Part shown: positions 1 to 11,305 of the stretch, one piece after another | Position numbering within the stretch: position 1 is the stretch's first letter | How the letters are laid out: the number at the start of each line of letters is the position of its first letter | NCBI GenBank assembly: GCA_964016885.1 | Contig: OZ024752.1 | Location: 43,648,001 to 43,712,000 of the forward strand | Direction of reading: 5' to 3' | From: Eledone cirrhosa | Lineage: Eukaryota | DNA: 64,000 nucleotides | The notes under the pieces: model-generated | Told to the model about the DNA's origin: nothing | The model's database searches: none | What the model saw: only the letters and a program-made list of their open reading frames with translations | Made by a program: the position numbers and the translations under genes

Positions 1-1071
1 TTTGTATTTAAACATAACTACTTATTCATTTTTATTCATAAAAAGTAACCCTAAAATAATTTCTTGGTTGCTTGACAAAATCAAGGTTAATTGGACTCAG
101 GGCATTGGGAAGCCATTATTGGAATAGCTTAATTTTCTTTAGTTTATTTTAACACTGCTAAGCCATCCTGAAGCACCACCTTTAGATATGGACTCCTTTG
201 AGAATATATTCACAAAACATTGAACGATGGTTTGAACATCTCAAATTTGCAAGATTTGTCTCTCAACAAGCAATGGAATTTGTTATTCTATTTATGAAAA
301 AAATTGCTCTAGTTTCATCAAATTTGTCCTTTTTCTTTTTAGATTTTACATAGCAATTAAGTTTCGGCCATTATTATGTAGATTAGAAATATAAAAGTAG
401 TCAATCATGAACTTTGATTCCAGTCTGTTGTGAATTTAAAGTTTTTATTACACACTCTTTTGGAATTATCACTTTCTCTGCTTTCACACATTGTAGTTGC
501 TGTAAAAATACATAGATTGGGTCTGGGGCAAATACCAAGGAAATTAAATTGACAATATAACAATGTTTGGCAGTGTAGAAGTGGAATCCTATGTTATCAC
601 TTGGTAATACAGTTTACAGATATGTTGGTAATGGAAGAGTTATCATCGTCATTTATTGCTAACCACCTTACAGGTACTAGGGAGGTGCATTTTTGTTATT
701 CTCTGCATTTCTATTGTATTTAAGCTTTTCAGCTGTGGGGAGAAAAACTAAGTATCTTGTGTGAAATGGGCCAGCAATTTTCTAATATCTGATCATTGAA
801 GGATAATCATATTTGGCCAAGATCTATTTTATTGCTGATGCCACAATAAAATTCACCTTGCATATGTAAAGTAGTTGCTGAGTAAGACATGGACTTTGAC
901 CTGTCTTGGAGGGTAGTGACTCTGAATAAGAAATTACTTCAGCCATGATGACCTGTCCAACCCATACCAGCATGGAAAAGTGGACTTACAAATGATGATG
1001 ATACAAAGATTGGTTTTAAAAAAAAGTGTTAAAAGATTGTATCTAAAGTCTTTTTATTATTTTTTGTTTAG

Positions 1072-1130
1072 ATTATGGCCGTGTTGTTGAACTTCGAATT
1101 AACACAAAGAGTGGAGGCGGAAAATTACCT
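1072..1130 (+). CDS. G3BP: G3BP exon (RRM, YGRVVELRINTKSGGGKLP)
   Basis: tttag acceptor at 1070-71, gtgagt donor at 1131. Confidence 0.93.
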
Positions 1131-1580
1131 GTGAGTCTCATTGCTATATGTAATTTGCACTTTTTGTATAGAGAAACTGAAAGTTTAAGGTGTGTGAGTG
1201 TTCTGGGGATTGGGATTGTTAGTGTTTGATAATTTACAGACTTTGATCTCTTATATTGTTCACTATTCTGTTTAATTTCATCTAAAATATGCCATTAGAA
1301 CATTAATACACGTGTGTGATACTGTTCTGGGCAGCTGGAACGTGCAGTTATTTTCTATCAGCTAAAGTCGTAAATTCTTTTTTTGACTTTTAACACAAAT
1401 ATATTTGTTAATAATAATTGGTGGAATGAAATTTTAAATAATCAAATCTCAATGTTTAATTAAAGAAATAATAAACTGTTCAACTTTTTTTCCTCCTCAG
1501 AATTTTGGTTTTGTGGTATTTGATACTGCAGATCCTGTACAACATGTTTTAAGTGTGAAGGTAATTCAGTTTTTTAAAAT

Positions 1581-1646
<66 letters not shown>

Positions 1647-2297
1647 TATATATATGCATACACTTTTAAGATATCAATACATATTAAATGTGTGATGATC
1701 ATGTTTCTCGATAAAAAAGCTCAATGGACATTAGTCCAGGGTATCAATTATATAATATATAAAGAGAAACAGCCTTTTGTACACATGTAGAGCAAATAAT
1801 ATATAGGCAAATGTATATTTTCCAATGTATTATTTGCTCTATATATGTGTTTCTGAAAAAATATATGCTTTTTTTCTTTCTCCATATATCTTTTAAACTA
1901 TATTTAATTTATAATTTTGTGTATGTAACAGTTTTAAAATCTGGTATTTTTATTTATTTGATTTTGTAATTTTGAAATTGTTTGGTTTTATTATTTTTTC
2001 AATGTTTTTCTTGCACAGCCCATCAAATATAATGGTGAACACAGGCTGAATGTGGAAGAAAAGAAACCTCGTGGTGCTGGCAGTGGTCCAGAAGGTGGAA
2101 GACCAGTGAGTGGAAGAGGTGGTCGTGGTGCTCTTGGAAGTGGTACTGCACGTGGTAGCATCATGGGTGGAAATATGAGTGGTGGTCGTGCTGGTATCCG
2201 GCCCTCGTCTGGTGTTGGTGGCAACAGACTCGGTGGTCTTGGTAGTGCTGGTGGACGTGGTGGTCCTGGAGGTGGGGGTGGAGGAGCACGGCGCTGA
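1072..2297 (+). CDS. G3BP: G3BP (Ras-GAP SH3-binding/stress-granule nucleator) 3' part: join(1072..1130,1501..1560,2019..2297); upstream exons lie outside the window
   Basis: Spliced translation YGRVVELRINTKSGGGKLP|NFGFVVFDTADPVQHVLSVK|PIKYNGEHRLNVEEKKPR followed by a Gly/Arg RGG tail and TGA. This matches the G3BP RRM C-half (RNP1 NFGFVVF, RLNVEEKK). All junctions are AG/GT and in frame. Confidence 0.95.
1501..1560 (+). CDS. G3BP: G3BP exon (RNP1, NFGFVVFDTADPVQHVLSVK)
   Basis: cctcag acceptor, gtaatt donor, 60 nt phase 0-0. Confidence 0.94.
1584..1642. repeat. (CT)n microsatellite in G3BP intron
   Basis: Perfect dinucleotide run. Confidence 0.95.
2019..2297 (+). CDS. G3BP: G3BP last coding exon (RRM end + RGG domain)
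   Basis: ttgcacag acceptor; PIKYNGEHRLNVEEKKPRGAGSG...RGGRG...GGARR-TGA. Confidence 0.94.
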   Translation, partial: PIKYNGEHRLNVEEKKPRGAGSGPEGGRPVSGRGGRGALGSGTARGSIMGGNMSGGRAGIRPSSGVGGNRLGGLGSAGGRGGPGGGGGGARR

Positions 2298-2947
2298 GTT
2301 GAATAGTTTCTGGTGCTTCATGGAAGTATGCAATTCTGACTGGAAAGAAAAAATAGATTACAAGGTGTATATGGTGAAGTTCTATCCTTTTGCATGCCGA
2401 AATGGTCGTCAACTGGCTGTATGTGTCTTGTTACCAGCTTGTGAATCCAACATAATTCCTGTTTCATGTGCAAGTTTATGCGAACATTTCAGCAAGACTT
2501 GTATATTAATAAAAGATAGGGGGAAAAAAAAACATTTTATTCTAAACTGAAGGAGGCTTATGAAGTTACATAATCTTTTTCATACTTGACAGATGTTAGG
2601 TTTACATTTCTTTTATCCCCTCCACTCTTTATTTAAAAAAATTTCCACACCCAATTAAAATAAAACCCAGATGACAAATAAAACCAGTTACTTGAATAAC
2701 TATCAGCATATTGGTCTTTTTTTAAAAAAAAAGTCTGTGCCGAACAGTTCTCATTGGTTTTGATCATCTATCTGTTCAAATTAACTTGTCCTGTCAAATT
2801 TTTTTTTTTTTCCAATCTATTAAAGAAATGAAAAAGGAAATTATATTATTTCACTTGAACAGTTACTAGCAGAATTGCATATTTTCTTCGTAGAAATATT
2901 GGATCGTCGGATACTATGCCCTTATCACCAGTGGCAATTGCTAGTTG

Positions 2948-2979
<32 letters not shown>

Positions 2980-3645
2980 CAACTGGAAACAAAACAAAAC
3001 AAAAAAAATAATAAATGTCAGAGTTTACAAGTGTAAAATAATTAACATTACCCAAGCATTATTTTCTTACTGTTAAAATAAAAGCGGTTTTTAAATGTAT
3101 ACACTTATGTTGGTCAACATTCTGCTCCACAACTGTATGTGAAGAAATTCATGGAAACTCCATCTGATTTTAAAATCTTGTTTCTTGTATGTTGGGGATG
3201 AGATGTGGTTTTTTAGGTCTCTCTATTATTGAAGTTTGAATTGGTGATAATATTTGTATTACAAATTTAGTTGTTGCTTTTACATAGTATGTATGTATAT
3301 GTGTGTATATAAGATAGATGAGGCAGGTTGTATTGTAGCTTTCAAATAATTGGGGGCAGGTAGTTATTGATTAAAATATAAGTTTTGTGTAGGTGATTTG
3401 GTTTAGAATTTTAGTATCCTGGAATCTGTGGACATAAATGCTTTCAAATATGTTAATTCATTGCAGCAGATTTTTGTGCTTCCATTTGTGTGTGTGTGTT
3501 TCTCTGTTTAGTTTCCTAGTTTTGATAAGGAATAAGTTATTTTTGCTTTTTATCTTTACCACTTTGATTTTTGCCAAATCAATGGACTCTTAAAACTTTA
3601 AGGCCATTTTTGTGCTATCAAAACATTTTCATTGTCTCATAGACA

Positions 3646-3651
3646 AATAAA
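3646..3651 (+). terminator. Candidate G3BP polyadenylation signal (one of several, e.g. also 2508, 4461)
   Basis: AATAAA followed ~20 nt later by CA and a GU/U-rich tract. Confidence 0.35.
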
Positions 3652-4507
3652 ACCATTTGAATGTGCTGCAACAATGTTTTTCTTTGATGCCTTTTTGGAT
3701 AATTAACAAATATTGCTTCATGAAATTTTAACACTTTTTCCAAGTTATTAACATTGAAGTCACTTTACACTATACAATTTAGTGTGTTGTGAAATACTCA
3801 AGCATTTCAATTTAGTTTCAATGGGTAAAGAAATTATAAATTCACTAAGTTTGGATTAATTAATCATCATCATGAACTTGATCTCATTTAAAGTTATATA
3901 TTATATTTAGGTGGATATAAGAAAAACTTCCCTTTTTTAAATTTTTTTATTTTTAACTAAATAATTTGTACTTTGTATGAGTAGCAGTTTCTAATGCCCT
4001 GTAGATACTTTTTGAAACCTTCGGCTGCTGTCTTAGTGTTGTGTAAATTAAATGTACAGTGTTGTAATTTTATTCCAAATGTTGGTTTCTGTGGGGAACT
4101 TTGGCAAGAAGCAATACATTAGTTTCTTTATTTCAGAATGTCATATTAGTTAACTAGTGACTAAATTTGTATTCAGAGTTTAATAATTGCTATACAAAAG
4201 AAAGTTTCTATTTTGAGAACTAACATGGGTTATATTCAGGAGACATGAATTAAGCTGTTTTGATAGTCTTAGGCACTTCAATCTTTCTAAATAAATTTAG
4301 AGAAAGATGTCAACATCAAATTAAGCTTCAATTAAAAATTAATTTTCTCTATTTTGATTGAAGTGAGCGAATTCACTTAACAATAGAGCTTTATCTTATA
4401 CCATTACTTCTCCTAATTAAGTATAATTTCAAACTGATTTGTATCTTCTGTGGAGAGATCAATAAAACTGAATCAATTTAGTATCTAACATTAATTTCAT
4501 TATATTG

Positions 4508-4690
4508 GTGGATTGGCAGTATCGGTAGAGGGTCGGACGTCATGCTTTCCAGCATAGTTACGTCCCTTTACGATCTGAGTTCAAATCCCGCCGAGGTTGA
4601 CTTTGCCTTTCATCCTTACGGGGTAGATAAAATAAAGTACCAGTAATGCACTGGGTAATTGCTGGCCTTGTGCCTAAAGTAGAAACAATT
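4508..4690 (+). mobile_element. tRNA-derived SINE
   Basis: A-box-like TGGCAGTATCGG, B-box GAGTTCAAATCC, conserved core CTTTGCCTTTCATCCTT.CGGGG..GATAAAATAAAGTACCAG; several homologous copies in the window. Confidence 0.85.
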
Positions 4691-6072
4691 ATATTATATG
4701 GTAACTCTTACCTCTTGCTATTGGGCAGCAATTGCATTTCATTTCTTCTGAATTCTTTTTCAAATGGGGTGGAAATGGACCTTCCTTTTTTCAGCATTTT
4801 CAGAACTTTTGTTACCTGAAGTTCTCTTGAATGTTTTGTTATCAGATTCTTACTGATTTCATATTCATCTTAGGAAACACGAAAGTTAACAAAAATGTAA
4901 GTATTGAAGTTGACAATAGATAAAGCTTAACTATCAATAAGAAACTTTTAGACAAGTTTTCAATGTGCCAAAAATATTTGTGTAAATAAACCCTAACGAC
5001 AAAGTTCCAATTTGGCTTGATTGAAAATAGTATTTTTGTCTTGTGAATTAAAAATCCACATTCAAAGATAACTGCTTGAAGTTGAAATTTACTTTTTTTT
5101 TTTCCTCTTCCATCACTAAACAACAGATTCTTGATATTTTTATATAGTTTATCTGGATTTTAATTTAATTTTTATTTTTAAAGTCAACTATTTCAGCTTT
5201 AGTATTTTTCTTCAATTCATAATCACCAAATGTTATGCCGTTTTAATTAAATAAAACTATCAAAGTTGTTAATACAAAAGCTATAAATGTTGGTCTCTTT
5301 TCTGCTTGTCTAGGAGATTGACATAGTTTTATTCTTTATACTGAAAGGTTTGTTTTTAGGTAATCAGTATTTCAGCTGTTGAAATTACAGCAAAAAATCA
5401 TTTTTATGTATTTGCAAATAGCTTTAATATAATCTGGGAGACATCTGAAAAATTAATTGTAGGCTTATTGCTTTAGAAGTAAATATTTATTTTGCCGATT
5501 TTCACCGACTTGAAAATTCTATGTAAATATGGTGCTAAAATATTTTCACTTTGGAGGTGAATATTGCACCGGTTTCACTTTTGACATAAAAGACGACTGG
5601 ATTGAAATTCAATTTGTCATGCAGTAAAATAAAATTTAAAAAAAACGGAATATTTTGCCTTTAGAATTCGAGTTATTTAAAAAGATTCTACTGTCAGTAA
5701 GGAAAGGCCGGTGCTCATGATTTTTCAGGGTTTCAATGACTGGGGATCGGGAGAAGATACCTTCAAACTGACCACAAGAAACACCATAATCATCTTATCA
5801 GACCCTCTAACAGTTTCACTGGTATTTTATTTTATCGATTTGATTTCAGAGCAAAACATTCACTAATTAGAGAAATTTTCCATGGATGCCTTCTGCATTT
5901 AGCGATATATTTAAGCAAGGGTTGACAAAAAAATGCGTAATAACAAAAATGGCCTTACGTTAATTGATGTGAAAAGCAAGGGAGACAACCCAAATTTCAA
6001 TATTGAACGGGGAATGTAATAGGTGTGGTCTTTGCCAAATACAATAATTCCAGTTACGTGTGTATTTTAATG

Positions 6073-6216
6073 TTAACCCTTTAGCATTGAAAGGGGCCAC
6101 TCATACCCATGTTTAGGTGTTCTCAAAATAAAGATTCAATATTATGTGAGGTATAAAGTCTTTATCACAAAAATACAATAGTAAATAATAGAATGATGTA
6201 AATGCTAAAGGGTTAA
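6073..6216. mobile_element. piggyBac-like MITE family A (TTAA-CCCTTTAGCATT...AATGCTAAAGGG-TTAA)
   Basis: Terminal inverted repeats with TTAA on both sides; internal sequence shared with 7 other copies. Confidence 0.8.
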
Positions 6217-6482
6217 TATACAATTTTAGACGCTTTTCATTAAAGGTATTTATCCTGATGAAAGTTTGGGGAGAGGGGTGATATAACCCATCTAGAGAGA
6301 AACTACAGAATTTCGTATGCTTACCACAAACTTTCTTTAATATATTTGTAAACAAAGGCTCCAAACTAGGTATCAAGTCTCCCTCCCAAATATTTAAATA
6401 GCCTTACTTAGAAATATTTTGCGGTACTCAGCACCTAAGTTCCATTGAAATACCATGATGTACCCGGTCATAACATCTAGAG

Positions 6483-6721
6483 CAGAGGTTCTCACGACCA
6501 CGTAATACCTCCAGTGCCCCCACCCCTATTCCCAGAGAGACCTTCCTACACGCGAATTGTAAATATCTAATAAACAAAATCGTTACTTTATATATATAAT
6601 AAATAAATATATATTTTTTTGTTACTGTGTTTATATATAATATATATCATCTTTACCGAGGAGCAGCTCTCCCTAGGCCTTCTCAATGTCCTCTGGTGGA
6701 GGCCCACTTTCAGAACCTCTG
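6483..6721. mobile_element. hAT-like MITE
   Basis: TIR CAGAGGTTCT...AGAACCTCTG with perfect 8-bp TSD ATCTAGAG (6475-82, 6722-29). Confidence 0.85.
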
Positions 6722-6879
6722 ATCTAGAGAGGCACCCTGCCTGGCTGCACCAGTTATTTGAATTTGATTTATTGACCTATGTAACCTAAATTCAAGAATA
6801 ATAAAAGCATTTCGAGGCTGTTTCGCTCGAAATAGAATAATAAATGTATAGTGTATGTCCGAAGCTGTAACTGATTTTT

Positions 6880-7097
6880 CCCAGCCTGAGAGGTTTGGTG
6901 AGGCTGGGCCGCTGACTGAAGTTCTTGTCATTACTGACGGCTCACCTTAACTGAGGTGCTTTAGCCTCGTCATCACTAGTGGTAATGTTGCAAGCGTGTT
7001 GGCTTGCCTCGGTGTTTAGTTAACCCCTAAGGTGTGAGGTGCGGCAGATAGTTGCACTTGGTGGTGAATTGGTAGGGGACCCTTTTTCTTTTCTTTT
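6880..7097 (+). ncRNA. Unassigned structured RNA candidate or structured retroposon 3' end
   Basis: GC-rich island folding into three consecutive domains with many G-U pairs on the + strand, ending in TTTTTCTTTTCTTTT; no family recognised. Confidence 0.3.
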
Positions 7098-7421
7098 ATT
7101 ATCATTGTTCAATGATTTATATAAATGCTATTTTCATAATAACGAAAGTATTAAAAATATTAAACTGAAAAGAAAAAAAAGCTGTAATGTGTGTCTAACA
7201 AGTCGGAGATATATATATATTTAGTTAATGTCCTAAGCCGTAACTTCTGACATTATCGGCCGCTTACATCAACATATAAATGCTATTTTCATAATAAAAC
7301 ATTTATTTGTTAAATAAAAACATTTCGAGGTTGTCTCACTCAAAGCAGTAGAATATTAAATATTTCGTTAATGTCCTAAGCTGTAACTTCTGACATTATC
7401 GGCCGCTTACATCAACAATCA

Positions 7422-7443
7422 ATCACATGACCATTCATGTGAT
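7422..7443. promoter_or_regulatory. Paired M-box/E-box (TCACATGA / TCATGTGA) inverted repeat at putative TBC1D5 promoter
   Basis: ATCACATGA-CCAT-TCATGTGAT; TCATGTGA is the MiT/TFE M-box; lies ~120 nt upstream of a consensus GTGAGT donor. Confidence 0.4.
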
Positions 7444-7444
7444 G

Positions 7445-7559
7445 TCGTTTTAGTTTTGCACCATTTTTCACAAAATGTTTCTCTTCTACCAACAAATTAG
7501 ACATTATTTCTCTGGATAAAGTCGACACCAAATGTGATAAAAAATCACCAGCAATTTAC
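7445..7559 (+). other. TBC1D5: Putative non-coding first exon of TBC1D5 (start approximate)
   Basis: The ATG exon at 15968 has a ttttag acceptor directly before it, so an upstream exon is expected; AC|GTGAGT donor at 7560 in a CpG-retaining region. Confidence 0.4.
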
Positions 7560-7955
7560 GTGAGTAGGATTTTTCTCATCGTTGCAAAGATAAATAACCA
7601 TGCAAACCTCCCCTCAATTATATCAACTGTCAAATTATTAAAACCACATTTAACATTTCCATGTATTTTAATTGATCCATTATTTTAGATTTTTCTCTCT
7701 AAATTTCGACACGTTTCTCTACAAATTTAATAATACCGGAGACTATTAAAACGAATTTCTTACAATCTAGTGATAAATATTTAATTGATTTAAAATAATC
7801 AATTAATTATTTATGATATCGATTAGTACGTTAATTTAAAAGTTTGAATATGTCCTATAAATAAATTTGATGATTTAGCTTTATGCTATCTTAATTTTTT
7901 TAATGGATTCCTATTTATATTTCTTGATATATTTCGGGAGTCTCGTGTTATAATA

Positions 7956-8170
7956 TTGCCAGAAATATATAGTAAAACACACTCACTGAGGGTGTCACAG
8001 GTGTGTGATGAAAGAACTGTGAGAAACTATATTTATATCTATATTTTAACTGTTGGTCAATCAATGATAAATATTGATCGCCAGCTGAATTAATTATAGA
8101 AATATAAAATATATTGAAGCGAAAACCAACCCCAACCAAACAGTGTGTTTTACTATATATTTCTGGCAAT
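7956..8170. repeat. Inverted-repeat-bounded element (ATTGCCAGAAATATATAGTAAAACACACT ... reverse complement); its interior is duplicated at ~8976-9090
   Basis: ~28-bp arms seen directly; related to 9088-9180, 15110-15290 and 57341-57395. Confidence 0.7.
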
Positions 8171-9194
8171 AACAATACAACAAAGACACACACACACATA
8201 TATATACATGCATATATACAGTTTGTTTATTTCGGTCAAATAAAATGTTTTTTCTTTCTTCGAATTCTTTTCCCCGAATCGTCGTTTCATTGGATATATT
8301 TAATTACAACTGTTAACAGTTTTCACGATTTCCTGGATTCCGCTAAGAGAACATATTGTGTCGGTTAATAATTAATTACTTAATTAGTTGATTAAATAGC
8401 ATTTAGATTCCGACAGCACCGAATACACATTACTAACTCTAGACTTCTACTAATTCAACATACAGTTAATTATTTCACTAACAGGTTCCAACCTCCTCTA
8501 ACCATATATATAAACACATACTCTTTAAAGAATTCATTGAAGGATTTGAGTGTGTTAGAGGTTTTTGTTACTAGCCAAGGTGTCACATCTCTTCAAAGCA
8601 GCCGAAATGGTTAGTATATACATATATAATATGGTATTTGTACAAATCATCATGTCTCGTTTATATTTTTATTTTGTCACTCGTTTATAGTTGAATCAAA
8701 TTGACAATCCATTTCTTATTTCATACAAACATTCATTTCTTCATTTAAATACACACACACTCGTTTCTTGTTAATTTTAGGACTTAAAAAAAAAAAGAAA
8801 GTTAGATACATTTATCCGCCTCTCTCTCCCATTGGGTGGGGCAATATAGAAATACTACCTGACAATATATATATATATATATATATATACTGTCAGGTAG
8901 TATATATATATATACTACCTGACAGTAATCACCTAGGTAAGTTCTCACACCTTTTTATAGTTAATGAGGGTTAAATATTTATATTTTTAACTGTTGGTCA
9001 ATCAATGATAAACATTGATCGCGAGTTGAATTAATTATAGAAATATAAAATATACTGAAGCGAAAACCAACCCCAACCAAAGAGTTCAGTGTGTTTTACT
9101 ACATATTTCTATAACATGACTCTCCACCAAATATATTTGTTTCAACACACGATTTCATATAAAAAAAACCTTGCGAAACAAATTCATCGCCGTC

Positions 9195-9231
<37 letters not shown>

Positions 9232-9300
9232 TCCAACAATGATCTTTTGTGCAGTTTATTTTAAATGGGACGTCTGTATATCTGTGTGTATATACATACA

Positions 9301-9333
<33 letters not shown>

Positions 9334-9405
9334 GTAAAGTTATATTTAAAATTGTTGGGTTACAACTAGTAAATATTTATAACTGATAAATATTTGGAGT
9401 ATATT

Positions 9406-9763
9406 TACAATATTAAATAAATGGAAAACTATATTTATAAAACCATATTTATTTCATTATATATATTTCGGGGATATATTAACAATATGCTATGCCTTCA
9501 TCAGACAAAATACAATATAAACAGTTTTATAGATAAATATATTCGACATACCGTAATAAACATCAACTTCATTTGAAGAGGTTTACTGCTAGCGTAAACC
9601 TCTTCAAATGAAGTTGATGTTTATTACGGTATGTCGAATATATTTATCTATAAAACTGTTTATATTGTATTTTGTCTGATGAAGGCATAGCATATTGTTA
9701 ATATGATATCCCCGAAATAAATATGGTTTTATAAATATAGTTTTCCATTTATTTAATATTGTA
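9406..9763. repeat. Long fold-back palindrome (~175-bp arms, 7-nt loop 9587-9593), probable Penelope-like remnant
   Basis: Near-perfect reverse-complement arms; contains a hammerhead motif; abuts (TA)n. Confidence 0.9.
9451..9511 (-). ncRNA. Minimal type I hammerhead ribozyme
   Basis: Minus strand AUUUUGU-CUGAUGA-AGG[stem II]CCCC-GAAA-UAUAUAUA-AUGAAAU: both core boxes, stem I pairing, palindromic stem III, AUA cleavage triplet. Confidence 0.6.
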
Positions 9764-9807
9764 TATATATATATACACACACAATGTGTGTGTATCTCAC
9801 ATCAAAA

Positions 9808-9996
9808 CACCATTTATTCTCCACCTCATCATTCCATTCATTACACTTCAGACATGCCGAAGGCTTCTTTTTATCATTGCTTCCGTAATAAACTCCTGAG
9901 AAAAGCAAAGAGTGTCTGAGACTGGTTTATCACAAAAGAAACCTTCAGCATGTCTGAAATATAATGAAACGATGACGAGTTGGAAAATAAATGGTG
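9808..9996. repeat. Diverged inverted repeat / MITE-like
   Basis: CACCATTTATT...TTCAGACATGCCGAAGGCTTCTTTT vs AAAAGAAACCTTCAGCATGTCTGAA...AATAAATGGTG. Confidence 0.65.
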
Positions 9997-11305
9997 AACT
10001 GCATTGCATGTAATATAGAATTAAATTGAAATAACAATAATGGAATATAGTTTCAGTTGTATTCCTCTAGTTACTACTAATATATTAATGATTTCCCCCG
10101 TATTAGAAGCTTTGTTAGGTGAGACGATTGTCTGCTGGAAGGAAAGAAAAAAGGAAAAAAATTTGATAATGTGAAGAGGTGGAAAGTAAAAATTTCTACT
10201 ACGTCGTTTATTACATCTGAAAAATAATTTATGTGTGTCAATGTGAACTGAAGACATGTTGCAGCTGGGAAGATGTCTGTTGTTTATATTTATATAAACT
10301 CAGACTGAACAGATTTCTTATGACGTATGAACATTATTTATGGAATATCGTGTAAATACAGTTTAATAGACAAAGTAAAAAAAAAAATATATATATAGAT
10401 TGAGAAGAATGAATGGAATAGGAAAATATAAAGAAAAAAAGAACGGAAAAGGGGTGGGGAATGGTAAGGACTGGTGTCACAGAAGAATGGGGAGGGTGAT
10501 TGGGCTCTACCCCTAGGGCGCGGTGGTATGGGGCTGTGATCAGCGACACCTGCTGCAACAGCCACTCCACCTCGGTTCCTTCCTTGGACGGACCGCTGAC
10601 GTTCCGATGTTGAGGAGGAGCTCATCAAAGACATTTCATCTCGACAACTTTACTTTTATTTTCACCATACAACGTATCTAGGTCTACATTACCCAGTGTG
10701 TCTTTTGAGAGGAAATTAGCTGCTGTTTCTAGCAATGCAAACGACCGTGTAACAGACCCCTTATCATCTCTTGTATCTATTGTTACCAGGGTTGGTGGAA
10801 GACACCCGCATTACACAATATGTTGTGCAGAGAATGTCACCAATTCCTGCCATTATCATCTCTGTAGTATTCTGTTAATTCTTTAAATGGTCAGAATTTC
10901 ACAATTTTTATTTATTTTCGCCATAAAAACTGTAAGATTCGTTTAGTAAATGATTTCTTAATTAAGTTTGTTAATTTAGCATCAACTACATTATCACACA
11001 TTTTACACACTATTAGCTCCAAGATACAATTGATAATATGGAATTTATTTAATTTTATCTGTAACAATATCTTTGTTCCATATTATAATTTATAAACTGT
11101 ATGAATATATTATAAATCTAATGTTGCTTCAAACTTTAAAAAAAAGAATTTACATTTTAGATTTTTTTAAATATAACAATTTCGGCTTCTTTAAAAATAA
11201 TTCCATTAACGAGACAGAAATGTATTGGTGAAATAGAGGTGTTTACATTTACTTTAATTTACTGCGTGTTTGCTACTTTATAAATTCATGAGTCATCCTT
11301 CTTTG

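Noticed and set aside
1950-2550. Antisense and alternative-frame ORFs over the G3BP last exon
   Set aside because: Shadow ORFs of GGT-rich glycine codons.
4508-4600. tRNA genes at SINE heads (also 25808, 32788, 32987)
   Set aside because: A/B boxes are present, but there is no cloverleaf, the spacing is extended and the sequence continues into a shared SINE core.
6256-6310. CTGATGA...GAAAC hammerhead-like spacing
   Set aside because: Could not form convincing stems I, II and III.
7019-7031. TAACCCCTAA as a telomerase RNA template
   Set aside because: Four C's would specify TTAGGGG rather than TTAGGG; it lies in predicted stems, and no pseudoknot/CR4-5/H-ACA context is seen.
10461-10790. 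GC-richer island with short minus-strand ORFs
   Set aside because: No recognisable domain or splice pattern; part resembles a repeat also seen near 55285-55325, so probably an old TE fragment.
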